DNA of 60,032 nucleotides from Lysobacterales bacterium (GTDB taxonomy: Bacteria > Pseudomonadota > Gammaproteobacteria > Xanthomonadales > SZUA-5). Shown in pieces: positions 27,894 to 36,568 of this stretch. Both the position numbers and the translations under genes were made by a program. The stretch's first letter is position 1; the number at the start of each line of letters is the position of its first letter. The notes under the pieces were generated by a model, which was not told where the DNA came from, ran no database searches, and saw nothing but the letters and a program-made list of their open reading frames with translations. The stretch spans positions 1 through 60,032 of the forward strand of contig JALHMH010000028.1 of the NCBI GenBank assembly GCA_022844165.1, in the 5' to 3' direction.

Positions 27894-30887
27894 ATGACGC
27901 GCCTGGTTCTTTGTGTTGCCTTGCTGGCTGCGATGCCGGCCGCGGTCGCAAACACGCGCACCGCCCCCGATGATCGTTGGGCAGCGTGGGACCGACATCG
28001 TGCCCTGGAGCAATCGAGTCCGCTGAAGGGCCTGACCTGGCGCTCGATCGGGCCTACTGTACAAGGTGGACGTATCGTCGATATCGAGGTGCATCCGAAC
28101 GATCCGTATACGTTTTATGTGGCGTATGCGTCGGGCGGCGTCTGGAAAACGACCAACAACGGCGTCAGTTTTGTGCCCCTGTCGGATGCGCTGCCGACGA
28201 CGATTTCCGGCGATATCGCGATCGATCCGAACGATCCGCAGGTATTGTGGATCGGCACTGGGGAGCCGAACTCGTCGCGTTCTTCCTATGCCGGCCTGGG
28301 TGTGCTGGTCAGTCGCGACGGTGGCGCCACGTTCACGCCGAGCGGTCTGGATGACGCCGATCGCATTGCGCGGGTGCGCGTCGATCCAACCAACAGCGAG
28401 CGCATCTTTGTCGCCGTTCAAGGCGCGCTGTATACCCCGGGCGGTCGACGCGGCATGTTCCGCAGCGATGATGGTGGCAAAACGTGGAAGCATGTGTTGA
28501 AGGACAAAGGCGAATGGACAGGCGCCATCGATTTTGTCTTCGATCCGCGAAATTCGAACGTGGTGTATGCCGCGATGTGGGAAAGATCGCGCAGCGCCTT
28601 CAATTTTGTCGAAGGCGGCAAGGGTTCCGGCGTCTACAAGAGTACCGATGGTGGCGATACCTGGGCACGGTTGCCAGGATTTCCGATGGGCGAACACATC
28701 GGGCGTATCGGCTTGGCGATTTCGCCGGCCGCGCCTGATCGGCTCTACGCCAGCATCGACAATCAGGAGCCACTGCCCACTGCGCTGATGGACGCTGGCG
28801 ATCGGCCGCTCTCGCCGGCGCGCCTGAAAACCATGAGCAAAGAGGAATTTTTGCGCCAGGATCCCGATGAAATCGAGATCTTCATTCGCGGCGCCGACTT
28901 CGATCCGAGTATCGATGCAGCCGCGCTCGTGGCGAAGATCGAGTCGGGCGAGTTGACAATGGAAAAGCTGAAGGCCAAGTTGGTCGACGGCAACGCCGCG
29001 CTGTTCAATACCGATATCCGCGGGATCGATATCTGGCGCAGCGATAACGGCGGCGATTCGTGGTCGCGCGCCAACGACAAACCGATTCGCGATTTCACCT
29101 TCACTTACGGCTACTACTTCGGCGAAATTCGCGTCGCGCCCGATAACGCCGATCGGGTCTACATACTTGGCGTGCCGACGGCCATCAGCGAAGACGGCGG
29201 CAAGACCTTCAGCGGCCGCATCAATCAGCCGGATGTTCACGTCGACCATCACGCTTTTGAGTTCGATCCGGCAAACCCCAGGCGTATCTTGAATGGCAAC
29301 GATGGTGGACTGGATGTGAGTTATGACGGTGGCGCGACCTGGCTCAAGCTGGATCGCCAGTCGGTCGGTCAAAGTTATGCACTGACCGTGGACATGGAGA
29401 CGCCCTACAACGTCTACACCGGCATGCAAGACAACGGCACTTGGAAAGGATCGAGCATGCTCGATCCGTCACGACCCGGCGGGTTCTGGGACGGCGGTGG
29501 CGATGGCTGGACGTTCTTGAACGGCGGCGATGGTATGCAAATCCAGGTCGATCCGCGCGATAGCAGTGTGGTTTACACCGGCTACCAATTCGGCTGGTAT
29601 CAGCGCAGCGGCAAGGACGGCGGCGAAGTGCGACCGCGGCCGGCGCTCACCGATCCGGCGCTGCGCTACAACTGGAACACGCCCATCGTGCTCAGCGAGC
29701 ACAGTCCGAACACGCTGTACTTCGGCGCCAACAAACTGTTCCGCTCGCTCGATCAGGGCAAGACCTGGCGTGCCATTTCTGGCGATCTGACGCGTGACGA
29801 GCGCCGCGGCGATGTGCCCTATGCCACGATTACAACGATCAGCGAATCGCCGCGCGAGTTTGGCCTGCTCGCGGCCGGTACCGACGATGGTCTGGTATGG
29901 GTCAGCGAAGACGGCGGCGTGCAGTGGCGCGAGATCACCCGTGGTTTGGCGAAAGGCCGATGGATCAGTCGCGTCGTGCTGTCGGCGCATCAGCGCAATC
30001 GTTTGTATGTAACGCAGACAGGATATCGGCTCGACGATCAAACCGCCTATGTCTGGGTCAGCGAAGACCTCGGGCGTTCCTGGCGTTCGCTGGCCACGGG
30101 TTTACCGAACGAACCGGTGAACGTGATCGAAGAGGATCCGGTCAATAACGACCTGGTTTACGTTGGAACCGGTCGTGGCGTGTATGCGAGCTGGGATCGT
30201 GGCCAGGGCTGGATGGCCCTGCAACAGGGTCTGCCGAACGTACCGGTGCACGATCTTGTGGTTCACCCGCGCGATCGCGAGCTGGTCGCGGGCACGCACG
30301 GACGCAGCGTCTGGATCACCGATGTATTGCCGCTACAAGACCTGACCGGTGAAGTTCGCGCCAAACCGTTGCACGTGTTTTATGTGCCCGAAGTGACCGC
30401 CTCGCGCGGCTGGCGCAGCACCAGCAACCCGTGGTTCGCACACACCGACAAACCTGACACCGCCGTCTTTCACTATTGGGCTAAAGAGTCCGGTCCAGTG
30501 ACGATGACGGTTGCGGATGCGGACAAACAAGCCGTGCGCAAGATCGAAATGCAGGCCATCGCTGGTATCAATCGTTTCGAATACGATCTGAAAGTCGATG
30601 GTGATTTGGCGATTCCCGCGGAAGCTGCGCGCGTCAAGAAGGCCGCCGAAAAAGCGACAGAAAGCGCCAAAGAAACCGCAACCGGAACCGCAAGCGCCAA
30701 AGGCGAGCTGGCGAAGTTTCCGCTCGCCGAAAGCCAGCGGCTGGGGCACCCGCTGTACATTACGGCCGGCGATTACACGATCACTTTGAGCCAGGGAACG
30801 GTCAACGCGGAAGCGAAACTCAAGGTCAATGCCGCCAAGGCTTTCGAGCCGCGACAAAAACCCAAGTACAAGCTGCGCGGGCGATAA
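27894..30887 (+). CDS. Secreted BNR/Asp-box beta-propeller protein (VPS10/glycosyl-hydrolase-like)
   Basis: Signal peptide; WRSIGP..GGRI; many SxDGGxTW Asp-boxes; RYNWNTPI; GTHGRS. Confidence 0.85.
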   Translation: MTRLVLCVALLAAMPAAVANTRTAPDDRWAAWDRHRALEQSSPLKGLTWRSIGPTVQGGRIVDIEVHPNDPYTFYVAYASGGVWKTTNNGVSFVPLSDALPTTISGDIAIDPNDPQVLWIGTGEPNSSRSSYAGLGVLVSRDGGATFTPSGLDDADRIARVRVDPTNSERIFVAVQGALYTPGGRRGMFRSDDGGKTWKHVLKDKGEWTGAIDFVFDPRNSNVVYAAMWERSRSAFNFVEGGKGSGVYKSTDGGDTWARLPGFPMGEHIGRIGLAISPAAPDRLYASIDNQEPLPTALMDAGDRPLSPARLKTMSKEEFLRQDPDEIEIFIRGADFDPSIDAAALVAKIESGELTMEKLKAKLVDGNAALFNTDIRGIDIWRSDNGGDSWSRANDKPIRDFTFTYGYYFGEIRVAPDNADRVYILGVPTAISEDGGKTFSGRINQPDVHVDHHAFEFDPANPRRILNGNDGGLDVSYDGGATWLKLDRQSVGQSYALTVDMETPYNVYTGMQDNGTWKGSSMLDPSRPGGFWDGGGDGWTFLNGGDGMQIQVDPRDSSVVYTGYQFGWYQRSGKDGGEVRPRPALTDPALRYNWNTPIVLSEHSPNTLYFGANKLFRSLDQGKTWRAISGDLTRDERRGDVPYATITTISESPREFGLLAAGTDDGLVWVSEDGGVQWREITRGLAKGRWISRVVLSAHQRNRLYVTQTGYRLDDQTAYVWVSEDLGRSWRSLATGLPNEPVNVIEEDPVNNDLVYVGTGRGVYASWDRGQGWMALQQGLPNVPVHDLVVHPRDRELVAGTHGRSVWITDVLPLQDLTGEVRAKPLHVFYVPEVTASRGWRSTSNPWFAHTDKPDTAVFHYWAKESGPVTMTVADADKQAVRKIEMQAIAGINRFEYDLKVDGDLAIPAEAARVKKAAEKATESAKETATGTASAKGELAKFPLAESQRLGHPLYITAGDYTITLSQGTVNAEAKLKVNAAKAFEPRQKPKYKLRGR

Positions 30888-30892
30888 AAACC

Positions 30893-31462
30893 ATGGATCA
30901 CCTGCTGACCGAAGTACGAAGCTTGTTTGGCTCCGGCCATTTGCCAAACGCGGATACCTTGGTGAAGTGGGATGGCTTCGACCAGCTCGAGAAGGGGACT
31001 GCCGTCCGGTTCTACTCTGGAAAGACCTGGGAAGATATCCTGCTCCACCATCAGCGTGGTGGGACTCGCGAGCTAGAGGCGTGGTCAGTGCTCCGTGAGC
31101 CGTCGCTTTCGTACTACGGTCGTGCTCATCTAGAGTATGTCTTTGGCACAGTTGACAGCGCCAATCCGGACGACGGCTTCGTCTCAAATCTGTTCCATCA
31201 GCTCTACCAATTGGTTTACATGCACAAGGGCAGCCCTTTCACCCCCGCGAAGACTGATCTACTCGTGAGGATCGCCAAGGCCATTCCCATGGCTGCGGTC
31301 GAACGAGGGGTAGAGTGTCTCGTCGACGACTATGTCATGCACAACATTGAGCTCTTCTTGGAGGAATTGGCATGTTGCAGCAAACTCTTTATCAGTGGAC
31401 TCACCCGAGTCAATCGTTTGGACACTGACAAAACTGGAGGGGCTGGTTCAGTGCGGCCCTGA
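30893..31462 (+). CDS. Hypothetical protein
   Basis: 189-aa ORF 5 bp after the previous stop; visibly lower GC than its neighbours. Confidence 0.55.
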   Translation: MDHLLTEVRSLFGSGHLPNADTLVKWDGFDQLEKGTAVRFYSGKTWEDILLHHQRGGTRELEAWSVLREPSLSYYGRAHLEYVFGTVDSANPDDGFVSNLFHQLYQLVYMHKGSPFTPAKTDLLVRIAKAIPMAAVERGVECLVDDYVMHNIELFLEELACCSKLFISGLTRVNRLDTDKTGGAGSVRP

Positions 31463-31639
31463 GCCTTTAGGGCGAGTGGCCTTGGTGGAGATGCACCTAA
31501 CTCCAGCCAAACGGTTAGCGGGGAGAAGCACCCTGTTTCCCAATACTTCATGTTGCCGCTCTCGCATACCCACGATTCGAATTCACCGGACCTGTGGTTA
31601 GAAGGTCCGTGCATACTGGTTCTGCGCCGCGTGAGATCT

Positions 31640-32518
31640 TTACTCCGTCAGCATCTTCGGCGCCGCCAGGTCCGGCCCGGACAAACCCGTGATCGCGTTC
31701 AGATCGCGAATCGCAAGCTCGGCATGGGTCATGCTCTCGGCCACCGAGTCGACTTGCGTGCTGATGAAGTCCGGATTCTGGTTGTTCACGCTCATCTCGC
31801 TCAATGCCAGGATCTTGGCTTCGATGCGCTCAAGCTCAAGACTCACAAACTCGCTGTTGGACTCCGCGCTCTTGAGGTTGTCCAGGCGCATCGTGGTCGT
31901 CGCGATAGCGTCGGTCAATGAACGGATGATGCGTTCATCGGTCCCTTCTGCCATTGCCGTTCGGCGTGCTTCCAGATCTTTGAGCTGCTTCTCCAGCGCC
32001 GCGCGGTCGGTGTGATCAAGAAACTTCCATAGGCTCTGTTGCGCGTACAACAAACGCAAGAACACCCAAAGCAACTTGTCGAGCCCGCCGCCGCGCAGGT
32101 CGTCGGCCTCCGGCGCTTCGGTCTGACCGGCAGCCGCGCCGCGCGCGATGCGCCGCAGGTTCAGGCAACGCTGCCGCAATTGCATGAAGCGTTCGCGCGG
32201 CCCAGGAGCCAGCTCAGACAATATCTTCGTCAAAAGGCTCTGCGGATCCTCTTCGCGCTGGGTCCACTCCGGACTGACGCCGATCATCTTGCGATCGACA
32301 TAACTGCGGAATTTGGGAATGGAAATCAGGCCGCCGAGGTATGCCAACTCCGCCGCCACAACGAGCGGCATCAGTGCCCCAGGGTTCGGCGACAGCATCG
32401 CAAAAACCGTGCCGGCACCGAGCGCCAGCAGATTCCAGCGCCAGCGAAATGCCTCGCGCAAGTAGTCGCCAAGTCCCGGCGCCCTTTTGTTGGGCAAGGG
32501 AGGTGGTGTGGGTCGCAT
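31640..32518 (-). CDS. Hypothetical protein with N-terminal TM segments and C-terminal coiled coil
   Basis: Two hydrophobic segments followed by a helical charged region; host-like codon usage. Confidence 0.7.
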   Translation of the reverse strand: MRPTPPPLPNKRAPGLGDYLREAFRWRWNLLALGAGTVFAMLSPNPGALMPLVVAAELAYLGGLISIPKFRSYVDRKMIGVSPEWTQREEDPQSLLTKILSELAPGPRERFMQLRQRCLNLRRIARGAAAGQTEAPEADDLRGGGLDKLLWVFLRLLYAQQSLWKFLDHTDRAALEKQLKDLEARRTAMAEGTDERIIRSLTDAIATTTMRLDNLKSAESNSEFVSLELERIEAKILALSEMSVNNQNPDFISTQVDSVAESMTHAELAIRDLNAITGLSGPDLAAPKMLTE

Positions 32519-32665
32519 ACGTTCAGCCCGAATTTTGCAAGGGTTCGAGGAAAGGCCATATTTGAGGCTTGATCCGAAGTATGCACGCTCGCGCTTCTTG
32601 CGGGTCGGTCGGATACCAACGATCAGCCTATTGCTACGGCTGGCCAATACCGGCAGCCTGTAGCG

Positions 32666-33586
32666 ATGGACGACGTACTCATTACGAATAGTTTGGTCAA
32701 GCAGTACGCTACCGTGCGTGCGGTAGATGGCGTTGGCTTTGCGATTCGGCGCGGCGAGATCTTTGCGCTGTTGGGGCCCAATGGCGCCGGCAAGACCAGC
32801 ACCGTGCGCATGCTGATCGGCCAGACGCAGCCCGATGCCGGCGAAATCCGCTATCTGGGTGCGCAGGGCACAAGCGCCTCTGTACCGCCTCGCGAGCTCG
32901 GTTATCTGCCCGAAGAACGCGGTTTGTATCTCGATCAGAGCGTGCTGCGCACCTTGTCATACCTCGGACAGCTGCGTGGCATGGCGCCCAAAACTGCCGG
33001 CGAGAAGGCCATGGCGTGGCTGGAACGCTTATCGCTAGCCGATCGCGCGAAAGAGAAAATTTCGGCGTTATCCAAAGGCAATCAGCAGAAGGTGCAACTG
33101 ATTGCCGCCGTGTTGCACGAACCGCGATTTGCGATCCTCGACGAACCGTTCAGCGGATTCGATCCGATCAACCAGGAGTTGGCGCTGAATCTGATCCGCG
33201 AATTGCGCGATGGCGGCATGACCGTGCTGTTGTCGGCCCATCAGATGCAGTTGGTCGAACGGCTCGCCGATCGCATTTTGTTGTTGAACCAAGGACGCCC
33301 GGTGCTCAGCGGCACCCTCGCGCAGTTGCGGCGCGATGCCGGATTGTCGCAACGCCTGACGCTCTCTTTCGATCGCGATGCGGACCACGACACGCTCGCT
33401 GCGATTCCGGGTGTGGTGGCCGTTGAGCGACTCAACGATCGGCAGGCGGCGCTGCTGTTGAAGGACGACGCGAATCTGAATCAGGTGTTGAGTGCGCTCG
33501 GTGGCGGCGCGATGCTCAGCAATGTGCAGTCCGATGCCGTGGGCCTGCACGAGATTTATTTACGCGCTGTGGGACCGGGAGCATGA
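32666..33586 (+). CDS. ABC-2 transporter ATP-binding protein (YhaQ/NatA-like)
   Basis: GPNGAGKT, GYLPEERGLY, LSKGNQQK and ILDEPFSG motifs. Confidence 0.95.
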   Translation: MDDVLITNSLVKQYATVRAVDGVGFAIRRGEIFALLGPNGAGKTSTVRMLIGQTQPDAGEIRYLGAQGTSASVPPRELGYLPEERGLYLDQSVLRTLSYLGQLRGMAPKTAGEKAMAWLERLSLADRAKEKISALSKGNQQKVQLIAAVLHEPRFAILDEPFSGFDPINQELALNLIRELRDGGMTVLLSAHQMQLVERLADRILLLNQGRPVLSGTLAQLRRDAGLSQRLTLSFDRDADHDTLAAIPGVVAVERLNDRQAALLLKDDANLNQVLSALGGGAMLSNVQSDAVGLHEIYLRAVGPGA

Positions 33587-34773
33587 ACATGCGGTGGGTG
33601 GTCGCGAAGTGGGAGTTCATGCGCTACTTCAAGTGGAAAGAAGAGCTGATGGGCATCGCCGTGATGCTCGGAATCGGTTTAGTGATGACCCTTGGCAGCG
33701 CCGCTTTTGAGTGGAGCAAATCGTCGCAACGTTACAGCGTGGCAGTGCTCGATTCTGTGGGTCTCGAATTCAAACTTCCGGAACGCTCGCAGATCAGCAT
33801 CGAGCGAATCGCGGCCAGTGATTTGACCTGGAAAACCGAGCAGGTTGGACTGGGCCAGATCGATGCGCTCGTGACCATCGAATCGCTGGATTCTGCAGAG
33901 GTACTGCTGCACAAAGAACCAGCATTCAAGTCGGCGTTGCAGTCGTTGCTCGACAACGCCAGGCGCGACGTGGCGCTGCGCGGCGCCGGGATTGAGGCCG
34001 AGCGCTTCGAGAGCTGGACGCAACCGATGGCGATGAATCTGAGATATCACGAGAGCGGCGAGGCACCCGCATCACAGGGCGACCGTCTGATCGTGATCGG
34101 CTTTTTGCTCTTGTTGCTGAGCGGCGTGTTCACGTGTTTTGCGTACTTCTTTACCAGCATCACCAGCGAAAAACAGGCGCGCGTGACCGAGCAGATCATC
34201 TCCGCGATCCCGGTGCAAACCTGGATCGACGGCAAGCTGATCGGCATCTCCTTGCTCGGCATCAAGAGCATGGCCACGCTGACGTTGTGGGCCGGTCTGG
34301 TCGCATTTGGCGTTGCTCAGTTCGCACCGGAGTTATACGCGAAACTGGGTCGCGTTGGCGCCGACAAAGTGCTCGTCGGCCTGCTGTTCATTCTGCTTGG
34401 ATTGGCCTTCTGGAACAGCTTCCTGGCCGGAATTGCAGCCACTATCGACGATCCCAACAACTCGACGCGTTCCGCGCTGATGCTCGTGCCCTCGATTCCA
34501 ACCATGCTCGCGTTCCCGATGCTTAGTCATCCGGACAATTTGGCCGTGGTCATCATGAGCTGGATTCCGCTGACATCGATGGCCGTCATGCCGGTACGTT
34601 ATGCGCTCACCGACGTGCCCTGGTGGGAAGTTCCATGCGCCGCGGCATTGTTGGCCTGTTGCGTCTTCTGGATGCGCAAGTACGCCAGCCGAATTTTCCG
34701 CGCCGGCATGTTCCTCTACGGCAAAGAACCGAGCTTCCGAGAGATGTGGGCCTTTGTGCGGCACGGTGGTTAG
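33583..34773 (+). CDS. ABC-2 transporter permease (YhaP/NatB-like)
   Basis: ITSEKQARVTE, GKLIG, multiple TM helices, RIFRAGMFLYGK. Confidence 0.9.
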   Translation: MNMRWVVAKWEFMRYFKWKEELMGIAVMLGIGLVMTLGSAAFEWSKSSQRYSVAVLDSVGLEFKLPERSQISIERIAASDLTWKTEQVGLGQIDALVTIESLDSAEVLLHKEPAFKSALQSLLDNARRDVALRGAGIEAERFESWTQPMAMNLRYHESGEAPASQGDRLIVIGFLLLLLSGVFTCFAYFFTSITSEKQARVTEQIISAIPVQTWIDGKLIGISLLGIKSMATLTLWAGLVAFGVAQFAPELYAKLGRVGADKVLVGLLFILLGLAFWNSFLAGIAATIDDPNNSTRSALMLVPSIPTMLAFPMLSHPDNLAVVIMSWIPLTSMAVMPVRYALTDVPWWEVPCAAALLACCVFWMRKYASRIFRAGMFLYGKEPSFREMWAFVRHGG

Positions 34774-34889
34774 CCGGCATAATTCATGAGGTCGCGATGA
34801 CATGGACTCGCGTGTCGATCGGCGACGCGCACGCGCGAATCTCGCGCTCGGAACGGTCGATCGTGATGTGGTTCTGCAGGTGGTTGAAC

Positions 34890-35132
34890 CAAGAGTCCTT
34901 GACGGAGCCGGATCTGTACAGTTGAATCAAATTTTCTGCGCAGCGCGCTTTGGCTTTTGCAGCCCCTCAAGTTAAGGGGGTGAGACTCGGCGCTGACACG
35001 CCGCAGGCGTGTGCCGAGTCGAACGCCCGGCGGCTGCGCCGCTGGGCCGGAAATGCGAAGCGCAGGGTTGTGGCGAGTACGCTGTCGGACGAAGCCAGCA
35101 ATGCTCGGCGGTCTGAGGCGGAGCCTCGCTAC
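34890..35132 (+). mobile_element. ~240-bp structured dispersed repeat, copy A
   Basis: AGAGTCCTTGACGGAGC...GGTCTGAGGCGGAGCCTCGCTAC; homologous to copies at 36332, 49117 and 52202. Confidence 0.8.
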
Positions 35133-35187
35133 CGTGGTGGTTCGCAAATTCCGAACCGCATTTTCGCGTCTTTCGGTGCCGCCGTCT

Positions 35188-35655
35188 GTGAGGTTATGGG
35201 TGCTGAATTCAGTTTTGGGTGTCATTGCCGCCGTACTTGCCGCCTCGGCCATGGGCGCAATCTGGTCGCTCGCTGCGTTGTGGACCACCAGCCGGACACC
35301 TTGGATGGCGCTGGTGGCTGCGTTTGCGCTGGTTGCTCTGCTGCGCTTCAATGGACATTCGGCGTCGATGGCTCGCGGCCTGTCCGCAATGTTGCTGACC
35401 GGCCTCTCGATCGCGCACGCCAACTATTTGATGGCAGCCGGATTCATCGGTGCTCAAATGAGCATGCCTTTCGTGGACTTACTGCTGCGCATGGGGGCTG
35501 AAATGGCGATTGCCGTCAGTCGCGCCCATGCCGCGCCCTTCGAGGGGCTGTTCTACATTCTTGCATTGGTGGCCGCCGGACTGCTCGGTTGGCGGATGCC
35601 TGGGGAAGTTCTGCACAAAGCTACGCAGCGGCGCAGGCGGGCGGGCAGCACTTAA
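35188..35655 (+). CDS. Hypothetical membrane protein; start uncertain
   Basis: About four hydrophobic helices; the upstream part of the listed ORF lies within repeat copy A. Confidence 0.7.
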   Translation: MRLWVLNSVLGVIAAVLAASAMGAIWSLAALWTTSRTPWMALVAAFALVALLRFNGHSASMARGLSAMLLTGLSIAHANYLMAAGFIGAQMSMPFVDLLLRMGAEMAIAVSRAHAAPFEGLFYILALVAAGLLGWRMPGEVLHKATQRRRRAGST

Positions 35656-35663
35656 GCGGCGCT

Positions 35664-36146
35664 TTACCAGCAGCCGAATGGTCCGCAAAACGGCCAACCG
35701 AAAAACGGGCCACGATGTACGACCGGCGGCGGTTCTCGCTCCGGCCACAGCAGCAGCTGATCGACCTCAACCTGTGGCAGGCGGAGTTCGGCGTCGCCGA
35801 TGCGCCGTTCGACATGAGCAACGACTTTGCCCGTGAGCGTGACTTCGCGACCGCGCGCAAAGATTTCAGGATCGAGGAAACTACTTGCCTTGCATGCGAC
35901 GAAGCGACCATCGCTTAGATCGACATCGCGAGGCCGCGTGTTCGACTGCAGAGGCTTCGCCAGCACCTCAAGGCAAGTACCGTTCGCGTTTGGTGTGGTG
36001 CGGATCACTGTACCGCCTCAGCGCACCTGCGCCCCGGCCGCAGCTTCACGCGGCGCCGGCGTCGCATAATTGCCCCGCAAGGGCGGCGGCACGCTTGCGC
36101 ACGCCGCCATCGCCAACGAGATCACGCTGATCGACACCCAACGCAT
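35664..36146 (-). pseudogene. slp: Slp-family outer-membrane lipoprotein with in-frame TGA at codon 43
   Basis: AGGAG RBS; lipobox MAAC; VR*GG in place of the conserved VRWGG; GRFVAC..FLDPEIFARGREVTLTG. Confidence 0.8.
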
Positions 36147-36331
36147 AGCCATCTCCTGGTTCGCTGCCCGAATGCAAGCTTAGCGCGTCGCAACAACAAT
36201 CTCGCTGACTGAGGTCGCAGGATGGCGATGAGGCGTCGTCTCGCCAGTTGCCGCTCCGAAGGAACTCAACTCAAATGGCAAGATCCAGCTCCAACAAGGA
36301 CTGTAGCCACGACGCGATGCGTCCCGAACTT

Positions 36332-36568
36332 TTAGCGAGGCTTCGCCTCAGACCGCCGAGCATTGTTGGCTTCGCCAGACACCGTACTTGCCAAAACCCC
36401 GCGCTCCGCATTTCCGGCCCAGCGGCGCAGCCGCCGGGCGTTCGACTCGGCACACGCCTGCGGCGTGCGCTCGATCGCCCCCTTAGTTTAAGGGGGCTGC
36501 CAAAGCCAAAGCCGCTCCTAAGAAAATTTGACTCAAATGACAAGATCCAGCTTCATCAAGGACTCTAG
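36332..36568 (-). mobile_element. ~240-bp structured dispersed repeat, copy B
   Basis: Reverse-complement homolog of copy A; its terminal CTAG overlaps the tgpA stop codon. Confidence 0.8.

Noticed and set aside
31494-31520. attC-like ACCTAAC...GTTAGCG
   Set aside because: Span is far below normal attC length and there is no internal stem.
36018-36020. Selenocysteine or alternative genetic code at the slp TGA
   Set aside because: The position is a conserved Trp rather than Cys, and TGA terminates many other genes in this window.
36248-36568. ORFs inside the ~240-bp repeats (also 49174-49486 and 52134-52414)
   Set aside because: Frames and starts are not conserved between copies; the similarity reflects the DNA repeat.
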